Shown piece after piece: positions 40,722-50,207 of a stretch of DNA of 56,720 nucleotides (positions are counted from its first letter, which is position 1; every line of letters begins with the position of its first letter). The translations under genes and the position numbers were made by a program. The notes under the pieces were generated by a model, which saw only the letters and a program-made list of their open reading frames with translations, did no database searches and was not told the DNA's origin. Source of the DNA: an uncultured Rickettsiales bacterium (GTDB lineage Bacteria > Pseudomonadota > Alphaproteobacteria > Rickettsiales > 21-14-0-20-44-7); NCBI GenBank assembly GCA_964545245.1, contig CAZJFC010000004.1:1-56720 (forward strand), given 5' to 3'.

Positions 40722-41291
40722 TTAGTAATTTGCAGGAACAACTCTTGGGCGACTGTCGTTATAGATAACATAAACCCTTTGCCCCGGTTGCAGAACCTGA
40801 TCCATCCCCTGAACAACTGAAATCAGTTCAGTTTTCAGGTTAGTCTGGGTGGAGTTAGTGATTTTTTGCGAAACTTTGCCCTGATTGATAGTGATATTCT
40901 CATTGCTGCTATATGCACTGCCGGAAGCAACATTTTCTTTACTCACCTTCACTATATATTCCATGCCTTGAGAACTGCTTAGACCATCCTGAATTGCCGC
41001 ACCAATAACCGCACCAGCGATTGCGCCGCCAACAGTTGCCACCGTCCTGCCGGATCCGCCGCCAATTGTGCTGCCAACCGCACCGCCTGCTACACCACCT
41101 GCAATCCCGCCCAGAGCATTATCTTGTAACTTATCACTGCCTTTAACATTAACCTGCCTTGCAGAAACAACAACTCCCTCTAAAACAACCCCGGAAGTAT
41201 CTGAGCTTACATAAGTTCCGGAATCAATATTACGAGCACAGCCAGCTATTGTGAGCGAAATAATGGCAACAGTAGCGAACAGTTTTTTCAT
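40722..41291 (-). CDS. Glycine-zipper outer-membrane lipoprotein (SlyB/Pcp-like)
   Basis: Internal Met start MKKLFATVAIISLTIAGC (lipobox) and a Gly-zipper segment GGIAGGVAGGAVGSTIGGGSG...GGAIAGAVIGAAI. Confidence 0.75.
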   Translation of the reverse strand: MKKLFATVAIISLTIAGCARNIDSGTYVSSDTSGVVLEGVVVSARQVNVKGSDKLQDNALGGIAGGVAGGAVGSTIGGGSGRTVATVGGAIAGAVIGAAIQDGLSSSQGMEYIVKVSKENVASGSAYSSNENITINQGKVSQKITNSTQTNLKTELISVVQGMDQVLQPGQRVYVIYNDSRPRVVPANY

Positions 41292-41455
41292 GATAAAACT
41301 CTTGGTAATTTGATTGCCCTGATATAGCACATTAATGCTTATGAATCCAGCGGGATAAAAATTTTGCGGCGCAGAACCATGTATGAAAATCATACTTTAA
41401 TGAGGGCAATCATCGGCCCTGCGCCGCTTCTTACCCGTTTCCGGGTATTCACATT

Positions 41456-41962
41456 CTAGGAAACAATCTCCCACGAACCATCAGGCTGGCGGCACGCTGT
41501 GCCATATCCTTCCTGCCATGCACCACCAACGCTTATTCTCTGGGTAAATTCGCGGCAATATCTGCCATTATCCACCTGATATGTCCTTATTGGGGTGAAA
41601 GTTCCATAATTGCCGGAATCAGGATTTCTCCATTGGGATGTCTGACCTACCGGCATATATTCTAATGAGCTTTGCGCGCTACGTTCATAGTAAACTATAT
41701 CAGCTCTGTCTAACGAAGCACCAACGCTGTTACCGATACCAGCACCAATTAAAGTACCAATTGCAGTGGTAGCAAGCCTGCCCCGACCTTTGCCGAATTG
41801 AGCGCCAGCAAGTGCACCAGCGGCGCCACCAATTACTGTTCCGACCTCGGTTTTACCGATAGCAGAACCACCTGCCCTACGGTCTGCATAAGGCGAGTTC
41901 GCGCAAGCAGATAGGATTAAGGACGCAATAAGAGCTATAGCTGTTAATTTTTTAAATTTCAT
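41456..41962 (-). CDS. 17-kDa surface-antigen-family lipoprotein (Gly-zipper plus C-terminal Cys-containing domain)
   Basis: Lipobox LILSAC, Gly-zipper GTVIGGAAGALAGAQFG...GTLIGAGIGNSVG, and a C-terminal ...GRYCREFTQ...GTACRQPDGSWEIV segment typical of alphaproteobacterial 17-kDa antigens. Confidence 0.75.
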   Translation of the reverse strand: MKFKKLTAIALIASLILSACANSPYADRRAGGSAIGKTEVGTVIGGAAGALAGAQFGKGRGRLATTAIGTLIGAGIGNSVGASLDRADIVYYERSAQSSLEYMPVGQTSQWRNPDSGNYGTFTPIRTYQVDNGRYCREFTQRISVGGAWQEGYGTACRQPDGSWEIVS

Positions 41963-42092
41963 AATGTTACCCTCATTATTTTGATAGCATTTTTAATGCT
42001 AAAATTGATTATAGTTTTAATCTTAATATTGTCAATAAAAATTTGTTTGCAACCTTTCTTTCGCTGGTTTAATGGCAATAGACGGGGATAAT

Positions 42093-43151
42093 ATGAAAAA
42101 AACCGCACTATATGACGCGCATGTTAAATCAGGCGCCAGAATCGTTGAGTTTGCTGGCTATGCAATGCCCGTGCAATATGAAGGCATCATTGCCGAACAT
42201 AGCTGGACACGCGGAAATGTCGGCGTTTTTGACGTTTCCCACATGGGTCAGGCAATAATCTCTGGCGAGGGTGCTGCTGCCTTTACTTCCCGCATTACCC
42301 CCCTTTCATTTGAAGGCACTGCACCATACACAGCAAAATATACCGTTCTTACTAATAACAACGGTGGTATAGTTGACGACCTGATAATCACCAAGCTGGA
42401 TGAACAATCTTTCTTTGTAGTTTATAATGCTGGCTGCCGCGAGAAAGACGAAGCATGGATACGTTCAAACCTTACCGGCAACGTGAAATTCAACCCTCTA
42501 GATCGCTCACTGATAGCCGTTCAGGGCCCTAAAGCCGAAGAAGTTCTGAAGAGTATATTCGACGATATCCCTGAAAAATACATGACACTGGCAGAAGATG
42601 CCGACTGCTTCATCAGCCGCCTTGGTTACACAGGTGAAGACGGATTTGAGATCAGCGTTGCTAATGATAAAGCAGAGGAACTCTGGAATAGAATCCTCAG
42701 CAACCCAGCCGCAAAACCTGTCGGTCTTGGCGCACGCGATTCTTTAAGGCTGGAAATGGGCTACCCGCTTTATGGCCATGACATTAATGACGAAACCTCA
42801 CCAGTTTCTGCCTCTCTTTCGTGGGTTATCGCCAAAACCAATAGCGGTTTTATTGGAGCTGAAAAAATCCTCGGTAGCACACCGGCGCAAAAACGCGTCG
42901 GCATTGAAATTCTGGATAAAGGAATTGTACGTGAAGGTGTTGAGATCTTTAACGCAGAAGGCCAGAAAATTGGCCGCGTAACCAGCGGTGGCTTCTCGCC
43001 AACCTTACAAAAACCGATTGCACAGGGTTATGTCGCTACGGAATTCACGCCGCGTGATACTGTCATCCAACTTGAACTCAGGGGCCGCAAAATCCCCGGC
43101 AAAATAGTGCCGCTTAATTTTATCAAACCAAAAACCAAGAGTGCAAAATGA
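42093..43151 (+). CDS. gcvT: Glycine cleavage system aminomethyltransferase (T protein)
   Basis: MKKTALYDAHVKSGARIVEFAGYAMPVQY...GVFDVSHMGQ. I prefer the ATG at 42093 (GGGGA about 6 nt upstream) over the track start at 42072. Confidence 0.93.
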   Translation: MKKTALYDAHVKSGARIVEFAGYAMPVQYEGIIAEHSWTRGNVGVFDVSHMGQAIISGEGAAAFTSRITPLSFEGTAPYTAKYTVLTNNNGGIVDDLIITKLDEQSFFVVYNAGCREKDEAWIRSNLTGNVKFNPLDRSLIAVQGPKAEEVLKSIFDDIPEKYMTLAEDADCFISRLGYTGEDGFEISVANDKAEELWNRILSNPAAKPVGLGARDSLRLEMGYPLYGHDINDETSPVSASLSWVIAKTNSGFIGAEKILGSTPAQKRVGIEILDKGIVREGVEIFNAEGQKIGRVTSGGFSPTLQKPIAQGYVATEFTPRDTVIQLELRGRKIPGKIVPLNFIKPKTKSAK

Positions 43152-43528
43152 GCAACGTACCAGTAGAACTGAAATACACAAAAGACCATGAATGGGCAAA
43201 AGTTGAAGGTGATATCATCACCATCGGCATCACTGATTTCGCGCAGAATTCACTTGGCGATCTAGTTTATGTCGAGCTCCCTGCGGTTGGCCGCCAGGTT
43301 CAGAAGGGTGAAAACTTTGTGATTGTTGAATCATGTAAAGCCGCATCAGACGTTTATGCCCCGGTAAGTGGTGAAGTTGTTGCAGTTAATGATGCAGCCG
43401 TTGCAGACCCTTCAACCGTAAACAACAACCCATATGAATCTGGCTGGCTGGTAAAAATCAAACCTGCGAATCAGGATGAGCTTAATGAGTTACTTGATTC
43501 CACCAAATACTCCGAATTGGCCGCATAA
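43148..43528 (+). CDS. gcvH: Glycine cleavage system H protein
   Basis: 126 aa with the lipoyl-lysine context VESCKAASDVYAPVSGEV. It shows ATGA overlap with gcvT. Confidence 0.95.
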   Translation: MSNVPVELKYTKDHEWAKVEGDIITIGITDFAQNSLGDLVYVELPAVGRQVQKGENFVIVESCKAASDVYAPVSGEVVAVNDAAVADPSTVNNNPYESGWLVKIKPANQDELNELLDSTKYSELAA

Positions 43529-44799
43529 TGAGATATCTACCGCACACTGAGAAAGATAGAGCAGAGATGCTCGCCAAAATTGGCGTAAGCAATATTGATG
43601 CGCTCTATGATAACGTACCGAAGGATTGCAATCTCAATCCCTCATTAAACCTCCCAAACACCAAGACTGAGGCAGAAGTCGAGTCAATAATCTCCCGCAT
43701 GGCAGCAAAAAACCACGCGGCACAAAATGGGCCGTTCTTCCTTGGCGCAGGTTGCTATTACCACCATATCCCGGCAACGGTCGATTATATTATCCAGCGC
43801 TCTGAATTCCTTACTTCTTACACGCCATATCAGCCTGAAGTTTCACAAGGTACTCTATCGGTTATCTTCCAGTTCCAAAGCATTATCGCAGCGCTTGCAG
43901 GCCAGCAGATCGCAAATGCTTCAATGTATGATGGCGCAACCTCGGCAGCCGAGGCAGCGCTGATGGCAAAACGTATTACCAAACGCCCGAATGTTGCAAT
44001 TCATGGCGAACTTCACCCGCATTATTTTGAAACCCTAAAAACTTATAAAAAGCACCTTGATGGCCACGTAATCGGCTCAGAGCCGGATGAAACCACCGCT
44101 TGCTTAATTGTCCAATACCCAGATTTCCGCGGTAATATTCATGACCTGGCCGCCCTGCGCAAAAAATGTGACGCAGCAGGCTGCCTGATGGTTGTTGTCG
44201 TATCTGAGATTTTATCGCTCGGCCTTCTCCCTGCGCCCTCAATGGCAGACATTGTTTGCGGGGAAGCGCAAAGTATTGGTGTGGGTATGCAATTCGGTGG
44301 CCCTCACCTTGGCTTCTTCGCTACAAAAAAAGAATACCTGCGCCAGATGCCGGGACGTTTATGTGGCGCAACCGTTGACGCCGATGGTAAACGCTCCTTT
44401 GTTCTTACCCTTTCCACCCGTGAGCAGCACATTCGCCGTGAGAAAGCAACCAGCAATATCTGCACCAATGTGGGGCTGATGGCCACTGCTTTCACTGTTC
44501 ATATGAGCCTGCTTGGCGAAGAAGGGTTTAAACATCTGGCAAAATTAAATCACGCCCGCGCCTGTGAAACTGCTGATAAGATTTCTAAACTCAAAGGCTT
44601 CGAAGTTGTGACTAAAAATTTCTTCAACGAGTTCGTGGTCAAAACCCCGGTTAGCGCCTCTCATATTATTGATGAACTGGCCGGTAAAGGTATCATTGCC
44701 GGTCTTAAAATAAGCGGTTATGAAATTCTGATAGCGGTTACTGAAACCACCACAGACCAGCATATTGAAGAGCTGATAAAAGAACTTGCTGCATTCTAA
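43528..44799 (+). CDS. gcvPA: Glycine dehydrogenase (decarboxylating) subunit 1
   Basis: MRYLPHTEKDRAEMLAKIGV... ...SYTPYQPEVSQGTL.... It is translationally coupled to gcvH. Confidence 0.92.
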   Translation: MRYLPHTEKDRAEMLAKIGVSNIDALYDNVPKDCNLNPSLNLPNTKTEAEVESIISRMAAKNHAAQNGPFFLGAGCYYHHIPATVDYIIQRSEFLTSYTPYQPEVSQGTLSVIFQFQSIIAALAGQQIANASMYDGATSAAEAALMAKRITKRPNVAIHGELHPHYFETLKTYKKHLDGHVIGSEPDETTACLIVQYPDFRGNIHDLAALRKKCDAAGCLMVVVVSEILSLGLLPAPSMADIVCGEAQSIGVGMQFGGPHLGFFATKKEYLRQMPGRLCGATVDADGKRSFVLTLSTREQHIRREKATSNICTNVGLMATAFTVHMSLLGEEGFKHLAKLNHARACETADKISKLKGFEVVTKNFFNEFVVKTPVSASHIIDELAGKGIIAGLKISGYEILIAVTETTTDQHIEELIKELAAF

Positions 44800-44914
44800 A
44801 ATCACGCTAATAACAATAGCTTACTTCTTACCAAGCTGGTTAAACCTCTTATTAAATTGACTTTTTCATTAAGATTCGTTAATTTATTATCATCTTTTAA
44901 CGGATTACATAACT

Positions 44915-46300
44915 ATGGCATATACTACTAAGGATTTTGCTGACTTTTCCTCAACCTATAAAAATAAAACCCCAAATGAGGGAATTGAAGCATTGCTTGC
45001 CCACGGGTTCATGCCCCATTCCTCATCAAGCAGCACATATCTGGTCTATTACCATCCTCAGGTGGAAGGAATAATAAGTATCCCACGCAATGCAAACCAC
45101 CTTGGTCCGCAAATCCACAGCAAGATAATTGCGGCCTGCCGAAAAATCGGTTTCTCGGCGGTAACTGCCCATGTAGAGTCATTTCGCCAGTCCGAAGCTG
45201 TTTATTTTGAAGACCTACCGGAAATTCGCAAATATATATCCTATGATTCAAAAATCACCAAGGACGAGCGCGACTACATAAGAACAAAAGCGCTCAGTGA
45301 ACTTGAGAACCTTGTAACCGACAGAGACGAACCTTTGCTGGAACAATACCGCAGACTCAAAAAGGAATATGAAACTGACTGCGGCGTAAAGTTCCACTAT
45401 GACAAATCCAATCATGAAATCATCATCGCGGCGACAGACTCCGGCATTCTAAAACATATCAAATATGAACTGCGCGACGAAGAAGTGCAGAACCAGCCCA
45501 GTTACTCCGATATTCTGCATGCAGTAAAAGCAACTTTATCTGAAGTAGACGAAGTTTTAAGCCGCCGCTTTGCCTTGCTTGCACGTTTTATAGACAAAGA
45601 TGATATCGGCGGTAGCGTAAATGAAACTCAGGATGCATACATCATCACCACACCTGAGATAAATGGCAGAACAAAAGAATTTAAATTACCAAAACTCAGC
45701 CCAACCGGCCATCTCACAGCGAAGGCTGAAGAATATCTTCATAAGGCGATCAAAACGGTGCAGGAGCAGGAAGAGGTAAAAATCAGTGAAGCTGAAAAGG
45801 CCGTCGAAGAAATAGCAATACAACCCAAAGCAACGCCAACTCCGGAAAAAAGTTTCGTGAGAATGGTCAGCATGGAAACATTTTCCTCACATCTAAGCCA
45901 GAATGCGATTCAGGCAAAAAGCGATATGCTCGACGTAATCAGGCTCTTAACCGGAATTGAGGATACAAAAGAAGCCCTTGAAGCAATAAGTATTGGCAGT
46001 GATTATCCGCTCGATAAAAAAGTGCCGGCGAAACTATATATTCTTGGGCAATATCTTGATCCCAAAAACACACTTGCGCCAACACATATCGACAAAACCG
46101 CCCTTGCAGGCTTCTGCAAGAATCTGCTTGAGGTTGTTGCGGAGTTGATTGACAAGACTACGGAGAAATTGCCTGCCAGTAAAGAGAAAATCCTCGCCTG
46201 CTTTAAAGAAGATTTCAAAACCGTACAAAAACAGGCAAACCAGCCAGTTCCCCGCGGCGCTGCTGATGTTATCGAAAAAACCTCACCCGGGTTTTCCTGA
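44915..46300 (+). CDS. Hypothetical 461-aa protein with an N-terminal HicA-like (dsRBD-like) segment, inserted in the gcv operon
   Basis: EALLAHGFMPHSSSSSTYLVYYHPQVEGIISIPRNANHLGPQIHSKIIAACRKIGF follows the HicA pattern L..GF..(n)..H....(n)..iP.h..l....l..Il...G, but without the usual GSH histidine. I do not recognise the rest of the protein. Confidence 0.5.
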   Translation: MAYTTKDFADFSSTYKNKTPNEGIEALLAHGFMPHSSSSSTYLVYYHPQVEGIISIPRNANHLGPQIHSKIIAACRKIGFSAVTAHVESFRQSEAVYFEDLPEIRKYISYDSKITKDERDYIRTKALSELENLVTDRDEPLLEQYRRLKKEYETDCGVKFHYDKSNHEIIIAATDSGILKHIKYELRDEEVQNQPSYSDILHAVKATLSEVDEVLSRRFALLARFIDKDDIGGSVNETQDAYIITTPEINGRTKEFKLPKLSPTGHLTAKAEEYLHKAIKTVQEQEEVKISEAEKAVEEIAIQPKATPTPEKSFVRMVSMETFSSHLSQNAIQAKSDMLDVIRLLTGIEDTKEALEAISIGSDYPLDKKVPAKLYILGQYLDPKNTLAPTHIDKTALAGFCKNLLEVVAELIDKTTEKLPASKEKILACFKEDFKTVQKQANQPVPRGAADVIEKTSPGFS

Positions 46301-46718
46301 AACAGTAGAGGAACATTGCTTTAGCGCGGAAAAACCTGAATGCACTGATGATGGTAATCACTCCCAACATTGCCCCCGCAATCCATGAAACAAGGCTATC
46401 CTCAACATCCTTACCACTGATGGCGGTATAAATATATTCAAGATAAGACATCGGCAGATTGGCTTCTCCCGCTGCAATTTTCACACGCCAGTGCCAGTCC
46501 GTTAACACGCAATACCCTATGTGACCAACATAAAGACCAAGCGCCAGCCATGAAGCCCAAACAACAATCGTAGTAATGAAATGCGCCTTAACCAGCCTCT
46601 TCGACAACCAACCGAAAAGCAGGAAAAAGATAAGCGCAAGATGGATTATGTGGTTGAATATATCAACTGCCATTAAAGCGGAAGAGCCGGAAGGAACGAG
46701 TTGATCAAGAAACTCCAT
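46269..46718 (-). CDS. DUF2784-like small integral membrane protein
   Basis: Four predicted TM helices and a YCVLTDWHWRVK segment reminiscent of the C-P-L-T motif of DUF2784. The likely start is the ATG at 46718 (the track start at 46739 is TTG). It overlaps the previous ORF convergently by 32 nt. Confidence 0.5.
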   Translation of the reverse strand: MEFLDQLVPSGSSALMAVDIFNHIIHLALIFFLLFGWLSKRLVKAHFITTIVVWASWLALGLYVGHIGYCVLTDWHWRVKIAAGEANLPMSYLEYIYTAISGKDVEDSLVSWIAGAMLGVITIISAFRFFRAKAMFLYCFRKTRVRFFR

Positions 46719-46800
46719 GACACAACTATGACAGTCCAAAAGCTAAAGTAAATGCCAATATGCCGATTGACAGGTTAAACCCATATTGTAGAACACCCTC

Positions 46801-48252
46801 ATGCATGTTGAAGAACCACTGTTAATTGAGCAATCAGTAAAGGGCCGCTTGGCTGTGGACTTGCCGCCGCTTACCAGTTTTAAAAACCGCACCGGTACTG
46901 AAACCCGTACCAGTATTGGCCTGCCGGAGGTTTCAGAACCTCAGGTAGTGCGTCATTTCGTTCGCCTTTCGCAGCAAAACTTCTCTATCGATACGAACTT
47001 CTACCCGCTAGGCTCCTGTACAATGAAGCATAACCCAAGGCTAAACGAGAAAATGGCTCGCCTGCCCGGCTTCAACGTCCACCCTATGCAACCGGAATCA
47101 ACGGTTCAGGGCGCACTGGAATTGATGCATGAGTTAGAAAATTACCTCGCCGAACTTACTGGCCTTCCTGGTATTACTCTAAACCCTGCCGCTGGCGCAC
47201 ATGGCGAAATGGCCGGGATTATGGTCATTCACAAAGCACATGAGGTAAAAGGCCGCCAGCGTAAAATTGTCCTAGTACCGGATAATGCGCATGGCACCAA
47301 CCCGGCAACTGCCGCAATGTGCGGATATGAAATTAAAACCATACAATCATTGCCAAACGGCCTTGTTGATATGGAAAAGTTTGAAGCGGCCCTTAATGAG
47401 GATGTTGCAGCTTTCATGCTTACAAACCCAAGCACAGTTGGGTTCTTTGACCCTAACGTCAAGATAATTGCTGATAAACTGCATAACGTTGGAGCATATT
47501 TCTATTGTGACGGCGCGAATTTCAACGCTATCGTTGGTAAGGTTAAACCATCAGATTTTGGCGTTGATGTCATGCACATCAACTTGCATAAAACCTTCTC
47601 TACCCCGCATGGCGGCGGTGGCCCCGGCTCTGGACCAATTGCGGTCAGTAAAGAACTTCAACCTTACCTCCCTGTTCCAAAAGTGGTCAAGGAAAATGGG
47701 GAATTTAAGCTAGTCCATGAAGACAAGAACTCAATTGGCCGCATGAAATCATATCAGGGGCACTTCGGAATGTATGTGCGTGCCCTGACCTATATGCTTT
47801 CCCATGGTGCTGACGGAATGCGCAAAGCCTCGGAAGATGCAGTTCTGAGCGCGAATTACGTGCTTGCGAGCCTGCGCGACAAATACCATGTACCATTCCC
47901 GGATTTCCACTGCATGCACGAATGCCTCCTGACCGATAAAACTCAAAAGGGCAAAGGCATAACCACTATGGATATTGCCAAAACCCTCATTGACCATGGA
48001 ATACACCCAATGACGGTATATTTCCCACTGGTTGTTCAGGGCGCAATGCTGATCGAACCAACGGAGTCCGAGCCAAAGGAAACGCTTGATGAATTCATCT
48101 CAATCATGCGCCGAATTGCCGATGAAGTCGAGGCCGGACGCGGGGAAGAATATCACTCCGCTCCTGTAAAAGCCCCCCGCAAACGTCTTGATGAGGTAAA
48201 AGCCGCACGGGAGCCTAAATTAACGTGGAATGAGCTAAAAACCCATAATTAA
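46801..48252 (+). CDS. gcvPB: Glycine dehydrogenase (decarboxylating) subunit 2
   Basis: 483 aa with PLGSCTMKHNP and the PLP-lysine context HINLHKTFSTPHGGGGPG. Confidence 0.94.
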   Translation: MHVEEPLLIEQSVKGRLAVDLPPLTSFKNRTGTETRTSIGLPEVSEPQVVRHFVRLSQQNFSIDTNFYPLGSCTMKHNPRLNEKMARLPGFNVHPMQPESTVQGALELMHELENYLAELTGLPGITLNPAAGAHGEMAGIMVIHKAHEVKGRQRKIVLVPDNAHGTNPATAAMCGYEIKTIQSLPNGLVDMEKFEAALNEDVAAFMLTNPSTVGFFDPNVKIIADKLHNVGAYFYCDGANFNAIVGKVKPSDFGVDVMHINLHKTFSTPHGGGGPGSGPIAVSKELQPYLPVPKVVKENGEFKLVHEDKNSIGRMKSYQGHFGMYVRALTYMLSHGADGMRKASEDAVLSANYVLASLRDKYHVPFPDFHCMHECLLTDKTQKGKGITTMDIAKTLIDHGIHPMTVYFPLVVQGAMLIEPTESEPKETLDEFISIMRRIADEVEAGRGEEYHSAPVKAPRKRLDEVKAAREPKLTWNELKTHN

Positions 48253-48285
48253 CTTATAATTAACTATAATGCTGTTAATCTCACG

Positions 48286-49062
48286 ATGACAAACATTACT
48301 GGAGAACTTATGGCACAAGCACAACAAAAAGACCAATCAAACAACCAGCCTTTATTCTTTCAGAATCCGGTTCCACTGCAAATCGATAAGCACGCGAAAT
48401 CTGGTCTCTCAAAAGAAATAAATTACAAATTCGCAAAAGATACTAACAGCGCCCCTGTTAACATTCAGGAATTTGGCCTGATTGCGAAGCACTATCCAAT
48501 TGTGTTTACTCCTGATGAAGTTTCTTCACCGGTAGCTGTATTAGGTCTGGAAAACTCAAAAAACCTTTATGTGAACAATAAAGGAGAATGGGAAAAAGAT
48601 ACTTATATCCCGGCCTATGCGCGCCGTTATCCTTTCGCCTTCACTGGTACAAATGATTCGCAGCTTGTGCTGTGCATTGATGAGGCTTCAGATCGTTACA
48701 AAGCCAGCGCAAACAAGGATGATGATAAATTCTTCAGCAATAAGGAACAGACAGAATTTACAAAATCCGCGCTTCAATATTGCGCTGATTATCACCGTGA
48801 CCAGAAAATAACGCTACAATTCACACAAGCATTAAAAGATAAAGGGTTACTAGTTACACGGCAGATTACTGCTACTGTTCCCGGACGTAAAGAGCCTGTT
48901 GTGCTTGGTGGTTTTTCCGTCATTGATGAAGAAAAACTGGCACAACTTGATGAACAGACAATTGTCAAGTGGTTCAGGAACGGTTTTCTGGCATTGATAA
49001 ACTTCCATTTTCTTTCAAGCTCAAACTGGCAGAATCTGGTTTCCCGTCTTTCAAAGAAATAG
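48286..49062 (+). CDS. SapC-family protein
   Basis: ...HYPIVFTPDEVSSPVAVLGL...YIPAYARRYPFAF... matches my memory of the SapC-family signature. The start may be the Met at 48310. Confidence 0.65.
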   Translation: MTNITGELMAQAQQKDQSNNQPLFFQNPVPLQIDKHAKSGLSKEINYKFAKDTNSAPVNIQEFGLIAKHYPIVFTPDEVSSPVAVLGLENSKNLYVNNKGEWEKDTYIPAYARRYPFAFTGTNDSQLVLCIDEASDRYKASANKDDDKFFSNKEQTEFTKSALQYCADYHRDQKITLQFTQALKDKGLLVTRQITATVPGRKEPVVLGGFSVIDEEKLAQLDEQTIVKWFRNGFLALINFHFLSSSNWQNLVSRLSKK

Positions 49063-49172
49063 CAGGGTAATCCTTTGTTTATTGGTTGTTTATGCAATTA
49101 TGGCGTTCATAAATCGAATTTTTATGCACCAGATGTTATATATAATGGGTCTTAATAACCAATGGAGAACCT

Positions 49173-49310
49173 ATGAAACTACTGAATTTAATGCTGATTG
49201 CTTCCCTTATTGCCGTTTCCGCGTGCAACACAATTGAAGGGGCAGGAAAAGACCTAAAGGCAGGTGGTGAAGCCGTAAAAGATACCGCGCGGGAAAACAA
49301 AAATTATTAA
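49173..49310 (+). CDS. Entericidin A/B-family small lipoprotein (45 aa, below the ORF-track length cutoff)
   Basis: GGAGA lies 5 nt upstream of the ATG. The product is MKLLNLMLIASLIAVSAC/NTIEGAGKDLKAGGEAVKDTARENKNY, with a lipobox and the entericidin-type NT(V/I)EGAGKD motif. A terminator follows. Confidence 0.75.
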   Translation: MKLLNLMLIASLIAVSACNTIEGAGKDLKAGGEAVKDTARENKNY

Positions 49311-49321
49311 CCACCTTTTTA

Positions 49322-49343
49322 AGCCCCCTGCCGGGGGCTTTTT
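49322..49343 (+). terminator. Rho-independent terminator after the entericidin-like gene
   Basis: AGCCCCC-TGCC-GGGGGCT followed by a T-run. Confidence 0.75.
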
Positions 49344-49466
49344 ATTATAGCGATTAATAAAGTCTGCTAACTATTAGACAATTAATGTCATTATCAATAT
49401 ACTAACCCTTCATACGGATGAAAACTTTGCTGTTAATAGCAGCAGAATTAAGCAACAGGAAAAAAT

Positions 49467-49976
49467 ATGGCTCAGCATTATTATACCACCATAAAAAGCC
49501 CTCTGGGAGAGCTTTTACTGACATCAAATGGCAAAGAGATCACAGGGCTTTATACTAAAAAAGACTCACATTTTTTCCAAATCGCTAAATCAGGTATCAG
49601 GGAAAATAAGCCTTTTACCCAAGCCATTAAACAGCTTGATGAGTATTTTAACGGCAAACGCCATGAATTCGACCTGCCCATATCCGCGAATGGAACAGAG
49701 TTTCAGCAGAACGTATGGAAATCACTAAAAAAAATCGGTTATGGCAAAACAAAAAGCTATAGCGAACTTGCCAAATCAATTGGTAAGCCGAAAGCTTCAA
49801 GGGCAGTCGGCTCCGCGAATGGCAAAAACCCGCTTTGTATAATAATTCCCTGCCATAGGGTTATTAATTCCGACGGAGGGCTGGGTGGATATAACGGTGG
49901 AATACAAATAAAGAAATGGCTTTTAGAGCATGAGGCAAATAACTCTAACTCATCCGTATTTTACAAAGCCGGTTAG
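49467..49976 (+). CDS. ogt: Methylated-DNA--protein-cysteine methyltransferase
   Basis: Active site IIIPCHRVI plus the YSELAKSIGKPKASRAVGSANGKNP helix-turn-wing segment. Confidence 0.92.
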   Translation: MAQHYYTTIKSPLGELLLTSNGKEITGLYTKKDSHFFQIAKSGIRENKPFTQAIKQLDEYFNGKRHEFDLPISANGTEFQQNVWKSLKKIGYGKTKSYSELAKSIGKPKASRAVGSANGKNPLCIIIPCHRVINSDGGLGGYNGGIQIKKWLLEHEANNSNSSVFYKAG

Positions 49977-49982
49977 GTTATT

Positions 49983-50207
49983 TCATGAGCATGTATTGCA
50001 AATGCCGAAAATATTCACTTCGTGCTCGGCTTTTTTGAAGCCTTTGGGTAATTTAACATCTACCCCGCCACAGTCGATATCATACACTTTGTTACAACTA
50101 TTACATTTGAAATGATGATGATGGTGCTTGTCCTTAAGGCAAAAGCGCAATACATCACCCGGCAGTTTAACCTCTTCAAGTTTATCATCGTCCCTTAAAC
50201 GCTTAAG
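49983..50207 (-). pseudogene. Fur-family regulator, 3' fragment only (74 codons, no start codon, N-terminal DNA-binding half missing)
   Basis: The reverse frame reads LKRLRDDDKLEEVKLPGDVLRFCLKDKHHHHHFKCNSCNKVYDIDCGGVDVKLPKGFKKAEHEVNIFGICNTCS*. This shows the His cluster and the two CxxC pairs of the Fur/Zur/PerR dimerisation domain. The frame is closed by a TAG at 50210-50208, inside the cas9 stump. Confidence 0.75.

Noticed and set aside
41963-42092. A possible glycine riboswitch upstream of gcvT
   Set aside because: The leader is very AT-rich and lacks the conserved GGAGAG...CACCG-type cores and paired-aptamer architecture, so I do not call a riboswitch.
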